Shown here in pieces: positions 35,713 to 41,873 of a stretch of DNA of 41,873 bases (within the stretch, counting starts at the first letter, position 1; each line of letters starts with the position of its first letter). Where the stretch lies: the NCBI RefSeq assembly GCF_001194135.2, contig NC_068991.1:27261179-27303051 (forward strand). The letters are read 5' to 3'. Made by a program: the position numbers and the translations under genes. The notes beneath the pieces are model-generated. The model was not told where the DNA came from. It was given only the letters and a program-made list of their open reading frames with translations, and ran no database searches. This DNA is from Octopus bimaculoides. Lineage: Eukaryota.

Positions 35713-37319
35713 CATATATATATAAATATATATNNNNNNNNNNNNNNNNNNNNNNNNNNNNNNNNNNNNNNNNNNNNNNNNNNNNNNNNNNNNNNNNNNN
35801 NNNNNNNNNNNNNNNNNNNNNNNNNNNNNNNNNNNNNNNNNNNNNNNNNNNNNNNNNNNNNNNNNNNNNNNNNNNNNNNNNNNNNNNNNNNNNNNNNNNN
35901 NNNNNNNNNNNNNNNNNNNNNNNNNNNNNNNNNNNNNNNNNNNNNNNNNNNNNNNNNNNNNNNNNNNNNNNNNNNNNNNNNNNNNNNNNNNNNNNNNNNN
36001 NNNNNNNNNNNNNNNNNNNNNNNNNNNNNNNNNNNNNNNNNNNNNNNNNNNNNNNNNNNNNNNNNNNNNNNNNNNNNNNNNNNNNNNNNNNNNNNNNNNN
36101 NNNNNNNNNNNNNNNNNNNNNNNNNNNNNNNNNNNNNNNNNNNNNNNNNNNNNNNNNNNNNNNNNNNNNNNNNNNNNNNNNNNNNNNNNNNNNNNNNNNN
36201 NNNNNNNNNNNNNNNNNNNNNNNNNNNNNNNNNNNNNNNNNNNNNNNNNNNNNNNNNNNNNNNNNNNNNNNNNNNNNNNNNNNNNNNNNNNNNNNNNNNN
36301 NNNNNNNNNNNNNNNNNNNNNNNNNNNNNNNNNNNNNNNNNNNNNNNNNNNNNNNNNNNNNNNNNNNNNNNNNNNNNNNNNNNNNNNNNNNNNNNNNNNN
36401 NNNNNNNNNNNNNNNNNNNNNNNNNNNNNNNNNNNNNNNNNNNNNNNNNNNNNNNNNNNNNNNNNNNNNNNNNNNNNNNNNNNNNNNNNNNNNNNNNNNN
36501 NNNNNNNNNNNNNNNNNNNNNNNNNNNNNNNNNNNNNNNNNNNNNNNNNNNNNNNNNNNNNNNNNNNNNNNNNNNNNNNNNNNNNNNNNNNNNNNNNNNN
36601 NNNNNNNNNNNNNNNNNNNNNNNNNNNNNNNNNNNNNNNNNNNNNNNNNNNNNNNNNNNNNNNNNNNNNNNNNNNNNNNNNNNNNNNNNNNNNNNNNNNN
36701 NNNNNNNNNNNNNNNNNNNNNCATTATATTATGCATTGGAGTTTTTTTTTTATTTACAGTATAAATTTTGTAACTAGTAAGTAAACAAGCTCTTTTCACT
36801 ACTGACATCGTATTCATATTGAGTTTCTGAATTACGGTTAATTGTTTGTCTTTAACCAATTTAATACATCTCCTCACCGAAATTTATACTACACACACAC
36901 ACACACACACATGTATACATATTTACAAATACATACACACACAAACATGCATACAGTATATATATATATATATATATATATATTAGCACAAGTGTTTGAA
37001 ACATACGACAGCTGCTTCGGTTTTTATTTATTTAGAATTTTATTTATTTTAAAATTTTATTTATTTAAAATCAGTCATAAAAGACTATATCATATTATAA
37101 CTTCCACAATCACCAGGTAAACAAATTGTCAATTGAAATTTTAAACATCGACCTTGACACAGCCAGCGTTAGCTGGTCTAGAAGCGGAAAATAAAAGAAA
37201 AAAGAAAATTAGAATTATGTTCCCTTTGACCGAAAGCCATGATTAAGCTAAATGTTGGAGAAAAATTCAACCTGAAGGGATCCACAAACTGTGATAACTG
37301 TGAAAGAGTTTGGTTGTGT

Positions 37320-39290
37320 CTTCTAGTTCGACAAAAGAAATTCGTCTACATGCTTACATTTGCTGAAAAATTCAGATCTGGAATTCAGTGATGCGGTGGA
37401 ATTCTTAGATCTTGAAATAATATATGCAATATTTTAGTTACGCATAAGTTGCTTTTCTTAGATCTATTATTATAAAACAAGGATTTCTCTCCGATCCTCC
37501 ACGTAATTGTATGTGGCGTGTAGTTGGTATTCAAAACCAATACATAGCAAGCCAAGTTAGTGGCTTTGCTTTTGTCGATGTCACGGAAAGAAAACAGATG
37601 ACATGTTTTCAAATCATCTTCGTATAACCAGATGTAATTTTTCTTTTAGATTAGGTTATCGTGAAGCGCTGTTAAGACATCTGCCTCATTTATGACTAAG
37701 TCCATCTTACGCGCCTGGTCAAGTGGACAAATTCAGGGTCTCCACAGTTGGACCGGGCTTTTAGTGATGATTATGAGTAATAATGTTCTTCATATTGCGG
37801 CAGCAGCTGCTTGATATTTTAATCGAACGACTGTTAAACATCTTCCTGTATTTGTGGTTTACTGGGAAATACCTCTCTAACAGAGACAGAAATTTAATTT
37901 CTTGACTACGTTAATTTTTGTATTTAGGGAGAAAGTAGGGAGGGCAAACTATATTATTTTCCTAGTTCTCTTTTTATTTTTACTTGAAGAGTTGTGATAT
38001 ATCTTATCGTTGTGTGATATACCTTATCTTCATATCTTTACTTGAAGAGTTGTGATATATCTTATCTTTGAAGCCGCTGTTAGCTACAGCATTGTCATAG
38101 TAGGGGGATGCCTTGCAAAATGTTTCTGTGGCAGAAGAGAGATTAGTTATCCTATCAGTAATGCTAGCTATCAGTTTTTTTAACACAATATGGGAGATGA
38201 CAGGACAGTTTGTGCGTATAGGAGAGTTTCTCGTTAGGCTTTTGGTGCAGTTTATAAGAGCAGGTGTTTAGATCTAAGAAACAAATAAATCTACTTTTGA
38301 CTGATTTTAGTGATTTTGTGGCCTAGTTGACTGAAAGTATGAATTAGTTTTTTCCTAAACTTATCGATTGTTGAAATTCAAAGCCATGAGATGCTCCTAG
38401 TCCATCGTCTCGGTATTAACCACTATCGTAAGCTAGAAACTTGGGTCTCAGTGTATTTAATATCAAGAGCCCTATAACATTGCAGATATCTGCAATGTCA
38501 TACGATTCCATTGATACATCGAACAATTCATTTCTATCGGATTTTTAACCCATGAGTGATAAAGCCCGAGTCTATGTGATCTATATCACCATGTTTTTGC
38601 GGGCTCAGTCACCTTTCCAAGCAGAGATCGAGATATTGAGGGGCAAAAATCTATAATATCTGGCCCCGTGCTTATACAAATCTGGTCCAGTGCTTATCTT
38701 TTAAATTCTAAAATCAATCTATCACAGCACTCCTTTTATCCCAGGGTTACAGCATAGTTATCTCTCTAACTCTGATATTGACATTTCTTCGGATTTTGGT
38801 TGGTTGGAGATTCTACTCAAGCAGTTTCAGTCCTCGCTGTGTTCAAAAGTTTACAAGTAGGGTTAGGAACGATATAAAGTTTCTGATCTTTTAGAATAAT
38901 GAAAATTTCCCTTTTTGCTAAGTATTCTAATCTATCATCGATTTTACAACGTCTAGACAGGAATTTAGCCTTATTGTCAATATCATTGTTTCTATCTATT
39001 TTACATTTATTATATTTAGTGGAAATAGTGTCAAACAGCAGCTTATCATATAGATCATTAGCGATTTTATACAAAGTGTTGGTCTTGTCTGGAAATACGA
39101 ACTTTTTTTTCAGAGCTTCTAGATTTTTTATATGTGAGTTTACTTTGGACAGAAAAGGGTTAAACTACTTACGGAGTCTAATATTGGTAACTATAACATG
39201 GATATCTACATCAAATGAGGCTAAATCTTTAATCCTTCGTGTCTTTAAATTATAACTCCTGGAGGCAGTGGGAGATAGCATAGAATTAAA
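37320..39290 (-). mobile_element. Decayed Penelope-like element (YRDDGL-type RT + GIY-YIG C-terminus)
   Basis: KIDDRLEYLAKREIFIILKDQK..NPTCKLLN; LFDVSMESYDIADIC..IGLLIL; YRDDGL; ITNLSSATETFCKASPYYDNAVANSGF; SNLCVTKILHI; NSRSEFFSKCKH. Confidence 0.87.
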
Positions 39291-39639
39291 AACTTCAATC
39301 TCATATGTGTGTGTGTGTGTGTGTATATATACATATGGAGTTATATATATATATATCAAAAACTTCAATCTCATATATATGCATATATACCGGAGTATGC
39401 ACATAAATGTGAAGCAAAGTGGGAAAAATGAGTACTCAAATACCAGATGTAGAGTAATATGCCTTATTAAAGCAGCAGAAAATATAACAAAAGCTGTTAC
39501 TTTTAAATATCATGTGTATCTGTGTATATATATATATATATGGAGGTATATGTGGGCATGTGTGTGCGTAGAAGTGTGTCTGATATTTATAATCTCAACG
39601 TCTGTGTTTACAAATGAAACTGAGCGCTTATTAGAAACC

Positions 39640-40060
39640 TTTTAAATTTGGAGTTCAAAGTCCACCTAGCTCAGCATCACTTACCATGCTGCCGTTGGCG
39701 AAAGACAATGTGCTAGTCACGTACTTGAGATCAATATGATCGGCTAACCATGCTTCCCATTTTTCTAACCTTATACTTTCAATAACAACAAATATTAGTA
39801 TTTATATTTATACTGTTAAGGGTCTCACATGTATTATGTACTTGTTTCTATACCTTCTTTTACTAGCATTACAAATTTTGATGTGCCTATTATGTGTCTT
39901 ATATAATTTATCTACCTGGTGTATAGAGTTCGCTTTGTTTCTGCTTCTGTTGAACAGCTCAAATGTTGGTCGTAATGGACAGCGCATGGGGATTCCTTCT
40001 TGAAATTATATGTCTTCTTATGTAGTTAGGTCATACTAATAGTTTAGTCAGGATGTCAGC
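39640..40060 (-). mobile_element. Possible very old RTE-type RT remnant
   Basis: Faint motifs only (QEGIPMRCPLRP, DHIDLKYV). Confidence 0.25.
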
Positions 40061-40863
40061 TGGTCGTACCAGTGTTTACGACAGTGTTTACAGAAAACAC
40101 ACACACACACACACACGCACGCAATCACAAATTCGCACACACAGATGCACAGTTGCAGATATACTTATTGATATATATACACACATATATATGTATGTAT
40201 ATGCAATGTTTTATAACTATATATGACGGCATGTATGCATGTATTACCTGTATATATGTATATGAGAAGTTGGGAAGATAAATATCTTCTCCTGAGTTTC
40301 AAAATTATCCCTTTGTTCTTATCTAGTAATCAACCAAACACACTGTAGTCAATTAATTGCGTACACTCACACAGGCTTTCAATGATACTACTCATTAGAG
40401 CTAGTTGTTATTAAAGAAAGTGCAGGATTCTCAATAGCCTTTGAAATTATCGTTGTTACAGCTTTGTCTTGCATGAAACATTGGTTTGTCAGAGGACTTT
40501 CATACGTGATATAAGGACTTGTTATTGACACATAAACAGCCTGGTCATCATTTAGTAAGATCTACTGTTGTTCCTACTGTTCTTGCTACAGTTTGTTGGG
40601 AGACATAGTAAACATATATATGTGTGGGATCTTTTTTAAAACGGGGGCCACATTTTTCATTAACGAAACACTTTGAAACTTGGAACACTGGTAGAATGTG
40701 TCATATAAAACATCTTTTTCTCTTAGTCTTCTTAAAAAAAAAAAATCCATAAATTATTCCATGTTAAAGTTGTCGTATTTCTGTAATTTCAACCAATCAC
40801 TGACGTCCATTCAGCCGATATACATTAAGCGCCGACTACATAAACAAACGATTCTGAAACAAT

Positions 40864-40949
40864 TAACCCTAACCCTAACCCTAACTCTAACCCTAACCCT
40901 AACCCTAGGGTTATTGTTAGAGTTAGAGTTAGGGTTAGGGTTAGGGTTA
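40864..40949. repeat. Interstitial telomere-type palindrome (TAACCC)7-TA-(GGGTTA)7
   Basis: Seven hexamers on each side of TA 40906-07; four units are degenerate (TAACTC, TTGTTA, GAGTTA x2). Confidence 0.95.
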
Positions 40950-41392
40950 AAGCAAATTTAAAATGAANNNNNNNNNNNNNNNNNNNNNNNNNNNNNNNNN
41001 NNNNNNNNNNNNNNNNNNNNNNNNNNNNNNNNNNNNNNNNNNNNNNNNNNNNNNNNNNNNNNNNNNNNNNNNNNNNNNNNNNNNNNNNNNNNNNNNNNNN
41101 NNNNNNNNNNNNNNNNNNNNNNNNNNNNNNNNNNNNNNNNNNNNNNNNNNNNNNNNNNNNNNNNNNNNNNNNNNNNNNNNNNNNNNNNNNNNNNNNNNNN
41201 NNNNNNNNNNNNNNNNNNNNNNNNNNNNNNNNNNNNNNNNNNNNNNNNNNNNNNNNNNNNNNNNNNNNNNNNNNNNNNNNNNNNNNNNNNNNNNNNNNNN
41301 NNNNNNNNNNNNNNNNNNNNNNNNNNNNNNNNNNNNNNNNNNNNNNNNNNNNNNNNNNNNNNNNNNNNNNNNNNNNNNNNNNNTGTGTTTGT

Positions 41393-41428
<36 letters not shown>

Positions 41429-41599
41429 ATCTGCATATACGTGTATATATACACATACATACCTACATATATGTGTGCATACTGTAAATACAATCAGTAA
41501 TGAAAGAGATGACCCTGGGAAAACATAATTTTAAAGATAAGTATTTGTTTACCGCGTTCGTGGAAACATAAAATGTGTTACCATTAAGGGAGTTAATCT

Positions 41600-41637
41600 T
41601 AAAGAAAGAAAGAAAGAAAGAAAGAAAGAAGAAAGGA

Positions 41638-41688
<51 letters not shown>
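41600..41688. repeat. (GAAA)n microsatellite
   Basis: Read directly from the sequence. Confidence 0.97.
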
Positions 41689-41689
<1 letters not shown>

Positions 41690-41829
41690 CGCTTACAGGA
41701 GTGAAAAATTGAAATAAGAAGTAAAGAAAAGCAGATATCACACGCAAGAGCTGATAGGTCCGAGGGGTTAACAGGAAGGCATATATATATTATAGTATAT
41801 TAGAAGAAAAAGCAAAATGTCTATCGCTG

Positions 41830-41863
<34 letters not shown>

Positions 41864-41873
41864 TTCAAAATAG

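Noticed and set aside
37981-38066. 28-bp direct repeat (37981-38008/38039-38066); also short tandem duplications at 11100-11140 and 19674-19739
   Set aside because: Local slippage duplications; two lie within or at the ends of decayed repeats. They are not arrays, and nothing is CRISPR-like.
40864-40949. Ancestral telomere-telomere fusion site
   Set aside because: The repeat order (C-rich then G-rich on the top strand) is opposite to a fusion junction.

Overview
AT-rich, microsatellite-dense eukaryotic DNA with 12 assembly gaps (about 4.9 kb of N, most abutting (TA)n tracts). The SINE families and repeat landscape look cephalopod (Octopus-like); this is inference only. No host protein-coding gene can be supported, and nearly all listed ORFs are microsatellite or N artefacts or transposon fragments. 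The window contains three decayed Penelope-like retroelements (PLEs; RT + GIY-YIG), CR1/L2-type LINE fragments, three Tc1/mariner relics (one maT/DD37D-type) and several tRNA-derived SINEs. The most interesting signal is invisible to the ORF track: several type I minimal hammerhead ribozyme (HHR) motifs in three unrelated sequence contexts. (1) A tRNA-headed, Pol III SINE-like element carries an HHR in its 3' half and is inserted with a perfect 14-bp target-site duplication and a twin-priming-like 5' inversion (19274-19661). (2) A 227-bp, 98% identical inverted repeat has an HHR in each arm (2019-2504). (3) An HHR with a palindromic helix III ends a PLE-like fragment (29042-29090), with a related half-site at 23.9 kb. 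Other unexplained structures are a symmetric (TAACCC)7-TA-(GGGTTA)7 telomeric palindrome, a 770-bp foldback, and a 169-bp near-identical duplication 9.2 kb apart.
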